Part shown: piece by piece, positions 19,549-31,092 of the stretch
How positions within the stretch are numbered: position 1 is the first letter of the stretch
Layout: each line of letters opens with the position of its first letter
DNA from: Candidatus Latescibacterota bacterium
GTDB taxonomy: Bacteria > Latescibacterota > UBA2968 > GCA-2709665
Assembly (NCBI GenBank): GCA_965219995.1
Contig: CBDCOX010000002.1
Location: forward strand, 4,160,001-4,224,000
Reading direction: 5' to 3'
Length of the DNA: 64,000 nt
Notes under the pieces: generated by a model
Database searches by the model: none
The model's input: only the letters and a program-made list of their open reading frames with translations
What the model was told of the DNA's origin: nothing
Made by a program: the position numbers and the translations under genes

Positions 19549-21777
19549 ATGCAGACAGCGAAAATCACCTGGACGAAGATCGACGAGGCGCCCGCGCTGG
19601 CCACGTGCGCGTTACTGCCGATCATCCAGTCGTACACCCGGGGGTCCGGCATTGAAGTCGTACTCAGCGACATCTCTCTTGCCGGCAGGATCGTCGCCAA
19701 CTTCCCCGAAAACCTCTCCGAAGCACAGCGGATTCCGGATTGCCTTGGCGAACTGGGCGACCTGGCCAGGAAACCTGAGGCCAATATTCTCAAGCTGCCC
19801 AACATCAGCGCCACGGTCCCGCAGCTGAAGGCGGCAATCGAGGAACTGCAGGCCAAGGGATACGATATTCCCGAGTACCCTGACGAGCCCCGGAACGATG
19901 CCGAAAAAGCGCTGCAGGCCCGCTTTTCCGCGGTACTCGGTTCCGCGGTCAATCCGGTTCTGCGTGAGGGGAATTCGGACCGGCGCGCCGCAACCTCGGT
20001 CAAGGAGTTCTCTCGAAAACATCCCCACAGGATGATGCGGCCGTGGCCGGCGTCGGGGTCCAGGGCACTGGTTGCCCACATGACGGACGGGGATTTCTTC
20101 GGGAGTGAGAAATCCACCACCGTGAGCGCGGCGACCAGCGTGCGGATCGAGTTCGCGGACCCGGCGGGGCAGGTCACCGTGCTCAAGGATGGGATCGCCC
20201 TGGAAGCCGGCGAAGTGGTCGACACCGCGGTGATGAACGTGAAGGCCCTCCGGCGGTTCTTTTCGGATCAGATGGACGCCGCGAGGCGGGACGGGGCGGT
20301 GCTGTCGCTGCATCTCAAATCAACGATGATGAAGGTCTCCGACCCGATTATGTTCGGCCACTGTGTCTCGGTCTACTTTCAGGAGGCGTTGGAAAAACAC
20401 GCCGACACACTGGAATCAATCGGCGCCGATCCCAAATACGGCCTTGCCGACGTGCTGGCAAGGCTCGAGCGCCTGCCGGCAGACGTAAAGGCCGGTATCG
20501 AGGCAGATATCTCCGCTGTTTACGACAGCCGACCCGGCCTGGCGATGGTCGATTCCGATCGCGGCATCACCAATCTCCATATGCCGAACGACGTCATTAT
20601 CGATGCCTCGATGCCCAACGTGGTCCGCGACGGCGGCAAAATGTGGAACCGGGACGGCGAACTGCAGGATACGATCGCCCTGGTGCCGGACCGGTGCTAT
20701 GCGACCATGTATAAGGAGATTCTGGAAGACGCGAAGGCGCGGGGGCAGTTCGATCCCGCTACGATGGGAAGCGTGTCAAACGTGGGTCTGATGGCGCAGA
20801 AGGCCGAGGAATACGGGTCCCACGACAAGACCTTCGAAGCCCGCGGCGCCGGAGAGATTCGGGTTGTCGACCCGGCCGGGAACGTGCTGATGGGACAGAG
20901 GGTCGAGACCGGAGACATCTTCCGGATGTGCCAGACCAGGGACGCCGCGATCAGGGACTGGGTCGGCCTGGCAATAAGGCGGGCGAGCGCCAGCGCCGCG
21001 CCGGTGGTGTTCTGGCTGGATGAGCGAAGGGCGCACGATGCCGAAATTATCGGAAAGCTGAACGTCTATCTGAAGGAACACGACGTGGTGGATCTGGACG
21101 TCCGCGTGATGAAGCCGCAGGACGCAATGCGGTTTTCCCTGCAACGGATACGGCGTGGGGAAGATACGATTGCGGCGACGGGCAACGTGCTGCGTGACTA
21201 TCTGACGGATCTCTTCCCCATACTGGAGCTCGGAACCAGCGCGAGGATGCTGTCAATCGTCCGGCTGATGAACGGCGGGGGGTTGTTCGAAACCGGAGCG
21301 GGCGGATCGGCGCCCAAGCACGTCCAGCAGTTCCTGCGAGAGGGCCATTTGAGGTGGGACTCGCTGGGCGAATACTGCGCCCTCGTGCCCTCGTTTCGTC
21401 TGATCGCCGAAACCGCCGCGAACGCAAAGGCCACCGTGTTCGCGGATACGCTGGACCGGGCGATTACGAAATACCTGGAGCACTCGCGGTCGCCGTCTCG
21501 CAAGGTAAATGAAATCGACAACCGGGGCAGCACCTTCTATCTCGCCATGTACTGGGCGCAGGCACTCGCGGAACAGGACGGCGACGCGGCACTCAAGGCG
21601 CGGTTCGGGGAAATTGCGGGAAAGCTGGAGGAGAATGAGGACAGGATTACGGCGGAACTGCTTGCCGCTCAAGGTGCGCCGGTAGATATCGGCGGCTACT
21701 ACGTGCCAGACCCGGAATTGACCGGCCGGGCCATGCGCCCCAGTCACACCTTCAATGCCATCATAGCCGCCGGGTAA
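19549..21777 (+). CDS. icd: Monomeric NADP-dependent isocitrate dehydrogenase
   Basis: [44 protein letters not shown] and [15 protein letters not shown] motifs; 742 aa. Confidence 0.97.
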   Translation: MQTAKITWTKIDEAPALATCALLPIIQSYTRGSGIEVVLSDISLAGRIVANFPENLSEAQRIPDCLGELGDLARKPEANILKLPNISATVPQLKAAIEELQAKGYDIPEYPDEPRNDAEKALQARFSAVLGSAVNPVLREGNSDRRAATSVKEFSRKHPHRMMRPWPASGSRALVAHMTDGDFFGSEKSTTVSAATSVRIEFADPAGQVTVLKDGIALEAGEVVDTAVMNVKALRRFFSDQMDAARRDGAVLSLHLKSTMMKVSDPIMFGHCVSVYFQEALEKHADTLESIGADPKYGLADVLARLERLPADVKAGIEADISAVYDSRPGLAMVDSDRGITNLHMPNDVIIDASMPNVVRDGGKMWNRDGELQDTIALVPDRCYATMYKEILEDAKARGQFDPATMGSVSNVGLMAQKAEEYGSHDKTFEARGAGEIRVVDPAGNVLMGQRVETGDIFRMCQTRDAAIRDWVGLAIRRASASAAPVVFWLDERRAHDAEIIGKLNVYLKEHDVVDLDVRVMKPQDAMRFSLQRIRRGEDTIAATGNVLRDYLTDLFPILELGTSARMLSIVRLMNGGGLFETGAGGSAPKHVQQFLREGHLRWDSLGEYCALVPSFRLIAETAANAKATVFADTLDRAITKYLEHSRSPSRKVNEIDNRGSTFYLAMYWAQALAEQDGDAALKARFGEIAGKLEENEDRITAELLAAQGAPVDIGGYYVPDPELTGRAMRPSHTFNAIIAAG

Positions 21778-23257
21778 ACTGCGACCTGAGCGGCCTGCGC
21801 TGGCTCTGAAGGGCAGGATCGACGGGGTCCGGCGCACCCGCCCCGTTTTTTCCCTCGTACACCTTTGCGGCGCTCAGCGCCTCCTGGAAGGCGGCCAGCG
21901 GCTGATCGGCGCCGGGGTACCGGTCGGCGTGCGTGGCGCCGTTTTCCAGCTTGAGTACGCCCCGCGGGCAGACGGCCGAACAAATGCCGCATCCCACGCA
22001 GGAAGCGCGTACGATGTTTTCGCCGCGCTGGGCGTACGCCCTGACGTCGATGCCCATCTCACAATAGGTGGAGCAGTTGCCGCAGGACATGCATTGGCCG
22101 CCGTTGGTGGTGATTCGGAAACGGGAGAAGAACCGCTGGAAGATGCCCAGAATCGCGGCCATGGGGCAGCCGAAGCGGCACCAGACCCGGCTTCCCATCA
22201 GCGGATAGAATCCCACGCCGATGACGCCTGAGAACAGGGCGCCGATGTAGAAACCGTACGCGCTGGCCATCGGACCCGACAGACGGCCGAAGACGCGGCC
22301 CTCGGTGGCGGAGTTGACCCAGAGCGCGATGGTGGTTACGGTGATGAAGATGAGGACCGAGTAGATGATGCCCCTTTCGATCCTCCAGGAACGCGTCGTC
22401 TTGCTGGACAGCTGGCGAAAGGGATCGCCCAGGGTCTCGGCGAGGCCGCCGCAACCGCAGACCCATGAGCAGTACCAGCGTTTTCCGTAAAAGTACGTGA
22501 GCACGGGCGTGGCGATGAAGGTGGCCACGGCGCCCCAGAAGACCATGAAGACGCCGAGTGCGCCGGGATGGCCGGTCAGACTGCCCACGGTGGATGGAAA
22601 CAGGTAGTCGTATTTAAGCGGCCAGAAGTATGTGAAATAGAACTCGGGTTGGTTGAAGCTCTTGAGCAGTTGCGGAAGGAGAAAGGCGAAGCCGAGCTGG
22701 ATGAACATCACGGACGCGGTGCGGATGATCTGGTAGCGGTTATGCCGGTACTTCATGAACATGCGGACGCCGAACACGAGAATGGCGAGCGTATACAGGA
22801 AACCGTAGAAGAACCAGCGATCGGCAGGACCTCCGGCCAGCGCATGGGAAAGCGGGTCCACCAGCCGGACCCCGCGCTCCAGGTACTCGGGCCACCAGTA
22901 GAGCACGACGTAGAACCCGGTGATGAAAATGCCGAGGCCCCATCCGATGAGTCCCAGATGGGTCGTGCTGCCGAACATGATGCCGTCGTGCTTGATCCCC
23001 GGGACGGTGTTCCTGTAGGCGAACCAGAAATACGCGGCCGATCCCAGCACAATAAGACCGAAGCTGAGCAATATGCCCGCCCAGGTGCCTGAGAGCGGAC
23101 CGAGCAGGGTAACGAGGAGGGCCAGGAAGCCGAGCGCGACGGCTGTAATGGAGGTCCTTTCCGGCCAGGATGCCGCTGGCGCCGGCTGCGCGGGAGGCTC
23201 CTCGAAGCCCAGCGTTTCCTCGTCGAAGTCGAAGTCGAGGGTGGCGGTATCGATCAT
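21761..23257 (-). CDS. Membrane 4Fe-4S binding protein (NapH/MauN-like polyferredoxin)
   Basis: Multiple TMs; [32 protein letters not shown] and [12 protein letters not shown]; start ATG overlaps the upstream stop. Confidence 0.85.
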   Translation of the reverse strand: MIDTATLDFDFDEETLGFEEPPAQPAPAASWPERTSITAVALGFLALLVTLLGPLSGTWAGILLSFGLIVLGSAAYFWFAYRNTVPGIKHDGIMFGSTTHLGLIGWGLGIFITGFYVVLYWWPEYLERGVRLVDPLSHALAGGPADRWFFYGFLYTLAILVFGVRMFMKYRHNRYQIIRTASVMFIQLGFAFLLPQLLKSFNQPEFYFTYFWPLKYDYLFPSTVGSLTGHPGALGVFMVFWGAVATFIATPVLTYFYGKRWYCSWVCGCGGLAETLGDPFRQLSSKTTRSWRIERGIIYSVLIFITVTTIALWVNSATEGRVFGRLSGPMASAYGFYIGALFSGVIGVGFYPLMGSRVWCRFGCPMAAILGIFQRFFSRFRITTNGGQCMSCGNCSTYCEMGIDVRAYAQRGENIVRASCVGCGICSAVCPRGVLKLENGATHADRYPGADQPLAAFQEALSAAKVYEGKNGAGAPDPVDPALQSQRRPLRSQFTRRL

Positions 23258-24522
23258 GACGTTTGCTCCCTGAGGGCGGGTACGATTTCGGATTCGTGCC
23301 TGTCGAAGAACTCGGGATCGAAGTTGGCCTCCGCCAGGTGGTCGAGGACGAATTCGACCGGGCGCTGTTCCGAGATCCATCGTTCGCACACGTCGTGGCG
23401 GTAGCGGATGCCCATGAGGTTGACACCGATCACGCCCTCTTCGGTGTAGACGATACGTACGGACTGCAGCTGTGCCGGGTGTCGCCAGAACAGGTTCCTC
23501 TCGCCCGGCACGTTGAGGTTGACGCGGCCGTATACCTGGTATTCGAGGTCCAGGAACTTGGCTGAATTGTACCAGATGCCCGGATCGTAAGTGCGGTCTT
23601 CTCCCGCGAGGACGTCGCCCGCGACCTCGCCCTGTTTCTTGCCGGTGTACCAGACCTGCTGGAGCAGGTTCCGCTCGCCCCCGGTGACGATCTCGGCACA
23701 GTCGCCGGCAGCGTAGATGTCCTGAACACTTGTCCGGAAACCGTGATCGACAAGAACGCCTCTTCCGGTTGCGATTTCGGAGTCCCTGACCAGATCGATA
23801 TTCGGAGAAACGCCGGCGGTCAGGCCCACGAACTGGCATTCCAGGCGCTCGCCGTCTTCGGTGACAACGCCGCTGGCTCTGCCGTTTCCGTCGTCCAGAA
23901 TCTCCTTGAGGCTGGTCTTGAGTTTCAGGCCGATGCCCTGTTCCCGGATGATCTCGTTGATCATTCCGGACTCTTCCATCGGGAGGATGTTGCTCCAGTA
24001 CGACGGTTCGCGCACCAGAAAGGTCACGTGAATGTTGCGCGAATGCAGCATTTCGGCGAGTTCGATGCCGATGAGGCCGCCGCCGACGATAACGGCATGG
24101 CGGGTTCCGTTGGCATTATCGTAGAGGCTTCGGAGGTCCTGCAGGGAATAGAGACCCTGGACGCCTTTGAGGTCCTGTCCCGGCCAGCCGAATTTGTTGG
24201 ATTTCGAGCCGGTGGCGATGAGCAGCTTGTCGAAGTGGAAATCACCGCCCCGGTGGAGGGTAAGGCATTTCCGGGCGGCGTCGATCCCGGTGACCCAGTC
24301 GCGGCGCAGATCGAGCCGGTTGATGGACCAGAAGTCGTCTTCGAAGGGTTTGGTGCCCTGGTAGGTCATGTGGCCCATGAAGACGTACATCAGGGCGGGC
24401 CGCGAATAGTGGTATTCGGATTCCCCGGAGATGAGCGTGATGCGCCAGTCGGGCTGTTTGCGCCGCAGTTGGATCGCCGCGGTCACGCCGGTGACGCCGT
24501 TGCCGATGATGGCGACGTGCAC
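23254..24522 (-). CDS. FAD/NAD(P)-binding oxidoreductase (rubredoxin/nitrite reductase-like)
   Basis: RBS GGAGG plus GTG start; IIGNGVTG, YSRPAL, ATGS, VGGGLIGIE and YAAGDCAE motifs. Confidence 0.88.
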   Translation of the reverse strand: MHVAIIGNGVTGVTAAIQLRRKQPDWRITLISGESEYHYSRPALMYVFMGHMTYQGTKPFEDDFWSINRLDLRRDWVTGIDAARKCLTLHRGGDFHFDKLLIATGSKSNKFGWPGQDLKGVQGLYSLQDLRSLYDNANGTRHAVIVGGGLIGIELAEMLHSRNIHVTFLVREPSYWSNILPMEESGMINEIIREQGIGLKLKTSLKEILDDGNGRASGVVTEDGERLECQFVGLTAGVSPNIDLVRDSEIATGRGVLVDHGFRTSVQDIYAAGDCAEIVTGGERNLLQQVWYTGKKQGEVAGDVLAGEDRTYDPGIWYNSAKFLDLEYQVYGRVNLNVPGERNLFWRHPAQLQSVRIVYTEEGVIGVNLMGIRYRHDVCERWISEQRPVEFVLDHLAEANFDPEFFDRHESEIVPALREQTS

Positions 24523-24824
24523 GAAGGTTCCTCCCTGGTTCTCCACGTGACGACGGAGGTTGGTTACGTGCTGATTCGGCCCGTCGACCGGGGATCCGGG
24601 GTGATCTGTCGGAAAACCGGACGCGCGGGACCGGACCGAAATTAACCAATACGACCTGAAAGTCAAGAGCGTATGCTGCCGTCGATTCGCAGGGCGGCCT
24701 TGTAAATTCCGCCGGCGTCCCTCGATTAGCTGACGAACCCGGCCGGGTACGGGTTCCATAAACCTTGGTGCGGGCGTCCGTGCAGGTCTTCCGCGGCAGC
24801 AGGGGCTTTATCAACGGGCTGTTA

Positions 24825-25103
24825 GGACGGTAGATGAAATCGGTGAGACGTTAGACGGTAGTTGAAGGCGGTGAGACGGTAGAGGTGAGACGGTAGATGA
24901 TGACGTTACCACAGTGTTTTCACGCTAACCGTGCCTGTTTCTTTACCGGCTATGGTAACGACGAGAAAAACCGTAGGGCACTCATGTCATCTCACGTCTC
25001 ACGGCTTACGTCTACCCGCCTTTAGGGAATTTGGGGAAAAGGGGATTTTGAATTTGAAGCTGATTTTTGTCTTCGCTTCAAACTGACCGCTGATCGCTGA
25101 CTG
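24825..25103. repeat. Heptamer-rich intergenic repeat (inverted homologue of ~31135-31370)
   Basis: GAGACGG/GTGAGAC and GCTGAYY-type 7-mers; 24903-24947 matches the reverse complement of 31292-31336 at 44/45 nt. Confidence 0.8.
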
Positions 25104-26321
25104 CTAATCGCTGTTCTTTCCCTTTGCATCGGCAAGATCGTATACCCTGAATGCGCCCCAGTGCACGATCGACGTGGGTACCTCCTGCGCCTCGATTCCA
25201 AGGCGCTTCTGCATCAGGCTTCGCCTCGCCCTCACGTCTCCCGGATGGAGCGTGATGGTATCGATACCCTTATCCGGAAGGTTGGCGAAGGAAAACAGTT
25301 CGGACCCGCCGTGGGTCATCGGTTCGTCATCGATCCGGAGACGGACCGTTCCGATTCGGGTATCCCACTCGATCCTGAATCGGTAGACTTTCCCGTCCGC
25401 GACGTCCACGACCTGATCGAATTGGGTGATGCCTTCGGCGGTGCAGATGATTATCTTGCCCCGTAGCAACCCGAACTGGATGTTTCCGTACTTGATGATC
25501 CCCTGGTTTTCTTCCAGGATGAGGCAGGACTCCAGCGCGGAGTCGGCAGGCTTCATTTCGAACTCGACGGCGCCGGCGTTCAGTTGAGGAATGCGGACCT
25601 TGACATAGCCGTACTTCGTGGCGGTCTCTAGCCACCGGTGGTCCACCGGGCGCATGACGGTCTCGCAGACGTTGTCGTCCGGCATGCCGTCCGGCGGGGG
25701 AGCAACCGGCGCCCAGTGCAGCGGGAAGGTCTCCCTGAAAACAGCGGTACCACCGTTGTGCTCGGTATACTCCCGCAGACGGATGAGGCTGCCCGCTCCA
25801 GCATTCTCCGTCACCAGTTCCATGCTGGCGATTTCCCCGATGTCCCGTCCCAGGCACTCGATGACCTCGACCGGTGTGTTTTCATCCACGGAGAACCGGA
25901 GGCGTCCCGCTCCGAATTCGAATCCGCCGAAGGTCACGCGATGTTCGTCCGACGGCACAACGTAGGGTGGGCGAATGGCCGGATCGGCGTAGGGTCTGCC
26001 GTAGTGGAAGGTCAGGGATTCGCCGGAGTCGACGGTTCCACGTTCTCCTGTCAGGTGAATCCGGCCGTCGACGTCGATCCGGCAGTCCAGCGCCATCCGG
26101 TTGTCGGCGTCGTAGAAACGGATGCGATAGCTCTTACCGAGGGCGACCCGAAGCCTGAGAGCGACTGCATCCTCCGGGCGCCGGATGGGATTCTCGATTC
26201 GCCGGGAGCATCGCGCCGGGCCTCGCGAGCCGTCTATCGTGAGGTAGCCGTCCTCTCCGAAGATATAGGCGCCTCCCTCGCCGCGATCGTGCCAGCAGAA
26301 GTCCTGTGAGGCAATCAGCAT
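25104..26321 (-). CDS. Hypothetical beta-rich (lectin/LamG-like) protein
   Basis: Real start probably MLIASQDF at 26321 (RBS GGAGAGG); the rest of the 1155-aa ORF is antisense to the gene at 26442. Confidence 0.6.
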   Translation of the reverse strand: MLIASQDFCWHDRGEGGAYIFGEDGYLTIDGSRGPARCSRRIENPIRRPEDAVALRLRVALGKSYRIRFYDADNRMALDCRIDVDGRIHLTGERGTVDSGESLTFHYGRPYADPAIRPPYVVPSDEHRVTFGGFEFGAGRLRFSVDENTPVEVIECLGRDIGEIASMELVTENAGAGSLIRLREYTEHNGGTAVFRETFPLHWAPVAPPPDGMPDDNVCETVMRPVDHRWLETATKYGYVKVRIPQLNAGAVEFEMKPADSALESCLILEENQGIIKYGNIQFGLLRGKIIICTAEGITQFDQVVDVADGKVYRFRIEWDTRIGTVRLRIDDEPMTHGGSELFSFANLPDKGIDTITLHPGDVRARRSLMQKRLGIEAQEVPTSIVHWGAFRVYDLADAKGKNSD

Positions 26322-26441
26322 GGATTCCTCTCCGGGTCGGTGGAGATTCGAGGTCAATCTTTCCAGGCGAAAATAGGGCGCAGGAGCAGGACGATCAAGG
26401 AGGATTGTTCCGGCGCCGGAACAGCGTGAGGAGGGACCGAC

Positions 26442-29132
26442 GTGAACGCGGGCAGTCTGTTTTACCCTGCGGAGTTGATTGAAAAGGCAAAACGCAATGC
26501 CGAGAACCACGCCTGGGCGAAGCGGTCGCGGGACCGGATCGTGGAGGCGGCGCAACCCTGGATGGCGTTCTCTGACGATGAGCTGTGGGACCTGATGTTC
26601 GGAAGTACCGTCCGGAGGTCCTGGATGGTCTGGTCCAACGGGCACTGTCCGGCCTGCAAGGAGGGTGTGCCCATGTACAACTGGCGGATCGAGGCGTTGC
26701 GCGTTCCGTGGAAACTTCGATGCCCGCACTGCGGACAGCTGTTTCCCAAGAACGACTTCCACGCGTTCTACCGGTCGGGCTTGGACGAGCACGGGGTGTT
26801 TCAGCACGGCCTCGCGGACAGATCGCTGCTGTTCAATACCGGGCATCCGGATCCGGACGACCCGCTGCACAGGTTCGGCGTGGACGACGGCGAGGGGTAC
26901 CGGGATGGAGAGAATATCTGGTGGTTTGTCGGGACCTACCTGGTCTACGGACAATGGAAGCAGGTCGTACACGGCGGGATCAAGGCGCTCGCGGCGGCGT
27001 ACGCGGCAACCGGCGACCCGGCGTACGCCCACAAGGCGGGGGTGCTGCTGGACCGTGTGGCGGATCTGTACACGACGTTCAATTTCAAAGACCAGGCGAT
27101 GATGTACGAAGGGCCGGCCCACGCGGGGTACGTGTCCACCTGGCACGACGCGTGCGAGGAAGCCCGGGAACTGGCGCAGGCGTACGACCAGGTGCGGGAC
27201 GCCCTGCGGGACGACGACACGCTGGCCCGTTTTCTCAACGGGAAGGCCGCGAAGTACGGCATCGAGGCGAGCAAGGCGTTGCCCGGAGACGTGACCCGCA
27301 ATATCGAGGAGGGAATCCTGCGGGATACGATCGGTAACCACGAACGTATCCGGTCCAACTATCCCCGCAAGGAAATCGCCCTGATTACGATACATTCGGT
27401 GCTGGACTGGGAGGGAAACCGAGACAAGGTCTACGGGTTGATCGACGAGATGATGGAACGCGCGACCGCGGTAGACGGCGTGACCGGTGAAAAAGGCCTC
27501 GCGGGTTACTGTTCGGGGGTCATCCAGAGCCTGGCGCAGTTCCTCGCCCGGTTCAGCCGGGTCGATCCCGGATTCCTGCGAGACATGCTGGCCCGGCACC
27601 CGAAGCTGAGGCAGACCTACCGGTTCCATATCGATACGTGGTGCCTCCAGCGATACTACCCGCAGGTGGGCGATACGGGCGCCTTTGCCGTGCAGGTCGA
27701 AAAATACGTGGGCGTCTCCTTCTCGGACGACCCCGGTCTGGAACCGTCGATGTTCGCATTCCTGTGGCGTCTCTACCGGGAAACGGGAGATGCGGCCTAT
27801 GTGCAGGCCCTGTTCCAGTCCAACGGGAATACCGTGGACGAGCTGCCACGGGACCTGTTTGCGGACGATCCGACAGCCTTTCAGAACGACGTCCGGGCAG
27901 TGATCGACGCCAGCGGGACGGAGATTGAACAGGCCAGTGTCAACAAGACGGAGTGGCGGCTGGCCGTGCTGCGGTCCGGCCGGGGCGACAACCGTCGCGC
28001 GGCGTGGCTGGACTACGATTCGGGCGGGCCGCACGGGCATTCCGATGGAATGAACCTGGGCCTGTTTGCAATGGGCATGGACCTGATGCCGGATTTCGGA
28101 TACCCTCCGGTACACTTCGGGGGCTGGTCCGGGCCGAAATTCCACTGGTACGTGAGCACCGCGGGTCACAATACGGTGGTTGTCGACGGCAAGGACCAGG
28201 AGCGACCTGCGGATGGAGACGCCGCGCTTTGGGCCGATGGCGAATGCTTCAGGGCAATCCGGGCCGACGGTTCCGCGCTGTACAGGATTCCCCGGTATGA
28301 ACGCACGGTGGCGATGGTGGATGTTTCGGAGCACAGCAGCTATCTTCTGGACGTATTCCGTGTGGTGGGCGGGAGAGACCACGCGAAGTTCATGCACAGT
28401 CACTTCGGCGCTGTTTCGACGCATGGGCTCATACTGGCGCCCGCCGAGGATTTCGGATACGAGACGCAGATGCGGAATTTCCGGCGTGACGGACAGCCCG
28501 ATTCCGGATGGCACGCGGACTGGAAGGTGGAGGACCGGTACGGATATATCGAGGAGGGCCGCGACGTCCACCTGCGTTACACCGATCTGACGGACGAAGC
28601 GGAGGCGTGTACGGCCGAGGCGTGGGTCGCACTGCGGGGGTTCGGCGGCAACGAGACCGCATGGATTCCCCGGGTGATGGTGCGGCGTCAGTCCGACGAT
28701 GAGCCGCTGGCATCCGCGTTTGTCGGGGTGATTGAAGCCTATGAGGGCGCGCCCGCGGTCTCGGGCGTTCGCCGGCTATCCATGGAAGGGGAAATCGAAC
28801 GTGGTCGACAGCTGACGGACGTAGGCGTGGAGATCGATCTCGCGGACGGGCGGCGTGACGTGATTCTGGCCCGAGACGTGGAAAACACCGTGCGCGACGG
28901 CGGCCAGATGGTGCGCAGGGACTGGAGCATGCGTACCGACGGAGAGTTGTGCATGGTGCGCAGAGGCGCCGACGGATCCGTCTCAAGGATTGCGTTTTGT
29001 AACGGAAAGAGCCTCCGGGCGGGCGATACCGTTCTGGATTTCGAGAACAGAACGGAATACGCGGAGGTCGGATTCGAATCCGGTGCTCCTGTGATTCTCG
29101 CCGGTAGAGGAACCCTGATGCGACAAGACTGA
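26442..29132 (+). CDS. Heparinase II/III family protein with N-terminal CxxC...CxxC
   Basis: VDDGEG, HGHSDGMNLGLF, PDFGYP and STAGHNTVVVDG motifs; CPAC/CPHC. Confidence 0.8.
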   Translation: MNAGSLFYPAELIEKAKRNAENHAWAKRSRDRIVEAAQPWMAFSDDELWDLMFGSTVRRSWMVWSNGHCPACKEGVPMYNWRIEALRVPWKLRCPHCGQLFPKNDFHAFYRSGLDEHGVFQHGLADRSLLFNTGHPDPDDPLHRFGVDDGEGYRDGENIWWFVGTYLVYGQWKQVVHGGIKALAAAYAATGDPAYAHKAGVLLDRVADLYTTFNFKDQAMMYEGPAHAGYVSTWHDACEEARELAQAYDQVRDALRDDDTLARFLNGKAAKYGIEASKALPGDVTRNIEEGILRDTIGNHERIRSNYPRKEIALITIHSVLDWEGNRDKVYGLIDEMMERATAVDGVTGEKGLAGYCSGVIQSLAQFLARFSRVDPGFLRDMLARHPKLRQTYRFHIDTWCLQRYYPQVGDTGAFAVQVEKYVGVSFSDDPGLEPSMFAFLWRLYRETGDAAYVQALFQSNGNTVDELPRDLFADDPTAFQNDVRAVIDASGTEIEQASVNKTEWRLAVLRSGRGDNRRAAWLDYDSGGPHGHSDGMNLGLFAMGMDLMPDFGYPPVHFGGWSGPKFHWYVSTAGHNTVVVDGKDQERPADGDAALWADGECFRAIRADGSALYRIPRYERTVAMVDVSEHSSYLLDVFRVVGGRDHAKFMHSHFGAVSTHGLILAPAEDFGYETQMRNFRRDGQPDSGWHADWKVEDRYGYIEEGRDVHLRYTDLTDEAEACTAEAWVALRGFGGNETAWIPRVMVRRQSDDEPLASAFVGVIEAYEGAPAVSGVRRLSMEGEIERGRQLTDVGVEIDLADGRRDVILARDVENTVRDGGQMVRRDWSMRTDGELCMVRRGADGSVSRIAFCNGKSLRAGDTVLDFENRTEYAEVGFESGAPVILAGRGTLMRQD

Positions 29133-29155
29133 CCTTTTGGAGGAGCAACGGGGCG

Positions 29156-31087
29156 ATGGGCTCGGAACCGGACTACGGTGTTGTTGTCGCCAAAGACGTC
29201 ATGGTGCCCATGCGGGACGGCGTCCGGCTGGCGACGGACGTCTACCGGCCAGCGCGCGACGGTGAACCGGCGCCCGGCAGGTTTCCCGCGATTCTGGGGC
29301 GGACGTCGTACGACAAGAGCAGTCCCCGGATGTGGGTGGAGCCGGTTGGCATGTTCTTTGCCAGGCATGGGTACGTTACGGTAGTCCAGGACCTGCGGGG
29401 CAGGCACCGGTCCGAGGGGACCGGGCAATACTACCATACGGCCAATCCCGGTGAGGGAAAGGACGGTTACGATACGGTGTCCTGGATAGGGGAACAGCCC
29501 TGGTCCAACGGTCGCGTGGGCACGGTGGGAAGCTCGCACGGAGCGATCGTTCAGGCGGTGATGGCGCTGTACCGCCCGCCGAATCTCGCGGCGATGTGGC
29601 AGGACGTGGGCCCGACCAACATGTACGCGCATTGCTCCCGCGAGGGAGGCGCGATGGCGCTCCACATGTTCGGCGCCATGTTCCTGCACGGGCACGACGC
29701 CCAGGAGATCAGGGACGACCCGGCCGCCGTGAAGGCGTTCGCGGATGCCATGGAGCGGATGAGGGAACTGGTCTACGCCACCCCGTTCAGGCCGGGGGAC
29801 ACGCCCCTGGCCGCGGTGCCCAATCTGGAAAAGATACTCTTCGACTACTATTATCGGGGCGAGTACGACGAGTTCTGGCAGCAGGAGTGCTGTGACCAGG
29901 AGCGGCATTTCGAACGGCACGGCGATATCCCGTCCGTATTCAGCGGGGGCTGGTACGATCCGTTCGCGGGGGCGACCACCGGTTATTTCACGGCGATGTC
30001 GAAACAGAACCGGACGCCCCAGCGGCTGTTGATGGGTCCGTGGAACCACGGCGGTATACGAGGAGAGGGCGATTCGTTCGCCGGCGACGTGGATTTCGGA
30101 CCCGACGCGGCCTGGGGCGACGACGTGTACAACCGGGAGCGGCTGCGGTGGTTCGACCGATGGTTGAAGGGGTTTGCCAACGCCGTGGATGACGATCCTC
30201 CCGTGCGAATCTTCGTCATGGGAGGCGGCGACGGGCGCCGCAACGCGGAGGGCCGCCTGAACCATGGCGGGACCTGGCGTTCGGAGCGGGAGTGGCCGCT
30301 CGCAAGGACGGTCCATACCCCGTATTATCTCCGCGAGGGCGGCCATCTGAGCGTGGAAATTCCGGCGGAAGGGGAGAGTCGGGCTGATTATCAGCACGAC
30401 CCCGACAATCCTGTGCCGACCATCGCGGGGAACGTGACCGGCTTTTACGAACTGGTACCGCTCGGCGACGGGATGGTGGAGCGATACACGCCGCCGAGAG
30501 CGCGGATGCGCAGCATTGTGCTGGACGGAGCCGCGCATCAACAGGAGGCGCCCGGGATCGTCGGCGCCGCACCGCCGTATCCGCTCCTGGCGTCCCGGGA
30601 CGACGTGCTGGTCTTTCAGACGGGTCCGCTGGCCGAGGACGTCGAGGTGACCGGCCCGATTGCGGCAAATCTCTGGATCGCTTCCACCGCCGTGGATACG
30701 GACTTTACCGCTAAGCTGATCGACGTGTATCCCGCCAGCGAAGACGATCCGGCGGGCTATCATATGAATCTTGTCGACTCCATCATCCGCACACGATACC
30801 GGAACGGGTGGGAGCAAGCGGAAATGATGAAGCCCGGAGACGTCTATGCCGTGAAGATCGATTTGCCGCCGACGAGCAATCTGTTCAAACGCGGCCACCG
30901 GATCCGGGTGGATATCTCCAGCAGCAATTTTCCCCGATTCGACGTCAATCCGAATACGGGAGAGCCCGTAGGACGACATACGCATTCGGTAATCGCCCGC
31001 AACACCGTTTACATGGACCTCGCGCGGCCTTCCCACGTTGTGCTGCCGATCATCCCGTTGCCGGAGGGAAGAAGAGATGACCGGTGA
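29156..31087 (+). CDS. CocE/NonD family hydrolase
   Basis: MRDGVRLATDVYRP, QDLRGR..SEG, WSNGRVG..GSS, GGWYD, GPWNH and SSSNFPRFD motifs. Confidence 0.93.
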   Translation: MGSEPDYGVVVAKDVMVPMRDGVRLATDVYRPARDGEPAPGRFPAILGRTSYDKSSPRMWVEPVGMFFARHGYVTVVQDLRGRHRSEGTGQYYHTANPGEGKDGYDTVSWIGEQPWSNGRVGTVGSSHGAIVQAVMALYRPPNLAAMWQDVGPTNMYAHCSREGGAMALHMFGAMFLHGHDAQEIRDDPAAVKAFADAMERMRELVYATPFRPGDTPLAAVPNLEKILFDYYYRGEYDEFWQQECCDQERHFERHGDIPSVFSGGWYDPFAGATTGYFTAMSKQNRTPQRLLMGPWNHGGIRGEGDSFAGDVDFGPDAAWGDDVYNRERLRWFDRWLKGFANAVDDDPPVRIFVMGGGDGRRNAEGRLNHGGTWRSEREWPLARTVHTPYYLREGGHLSVEIPAEGESRADYQHDPDNPVPTIAGNVTGFYELVPLGDGMVERYTPPRARMRSIVLDGAAHQQEAPGIVGAAPPYPLLASRDDVLVFQTGPLAEDVEVTGPIAANLWIASTAVDTDFTAKLIDVYPASEDDPAGYHMNLVDSIIRTRYRNGWEQAEMMKPGDVYAVKIDLPPTSNLFKRGHRIRVDISSSNFPRFDVNPNTGEPVGRHTHSVIARNTVYMDLARPSHVVLPIIPLPEGRRDDR

Positions 31088-31092
31088 ATGCA

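Noticed and set aside
24825-24905. Tandem GAGACGGTAG-type repeats as a possible CRISPR array
   Set aside because: Units are 7-10 bp without unique 30-40 bp spacers, and no cas genes are present.
25104-28571. 1155-aa minus-strand ORF
   Set aside because: The first ~750 aa are the antisense shadow of the 26442-29132 gene in high-GC DNA; only 25104-26321 has an RBS and protein-like content.
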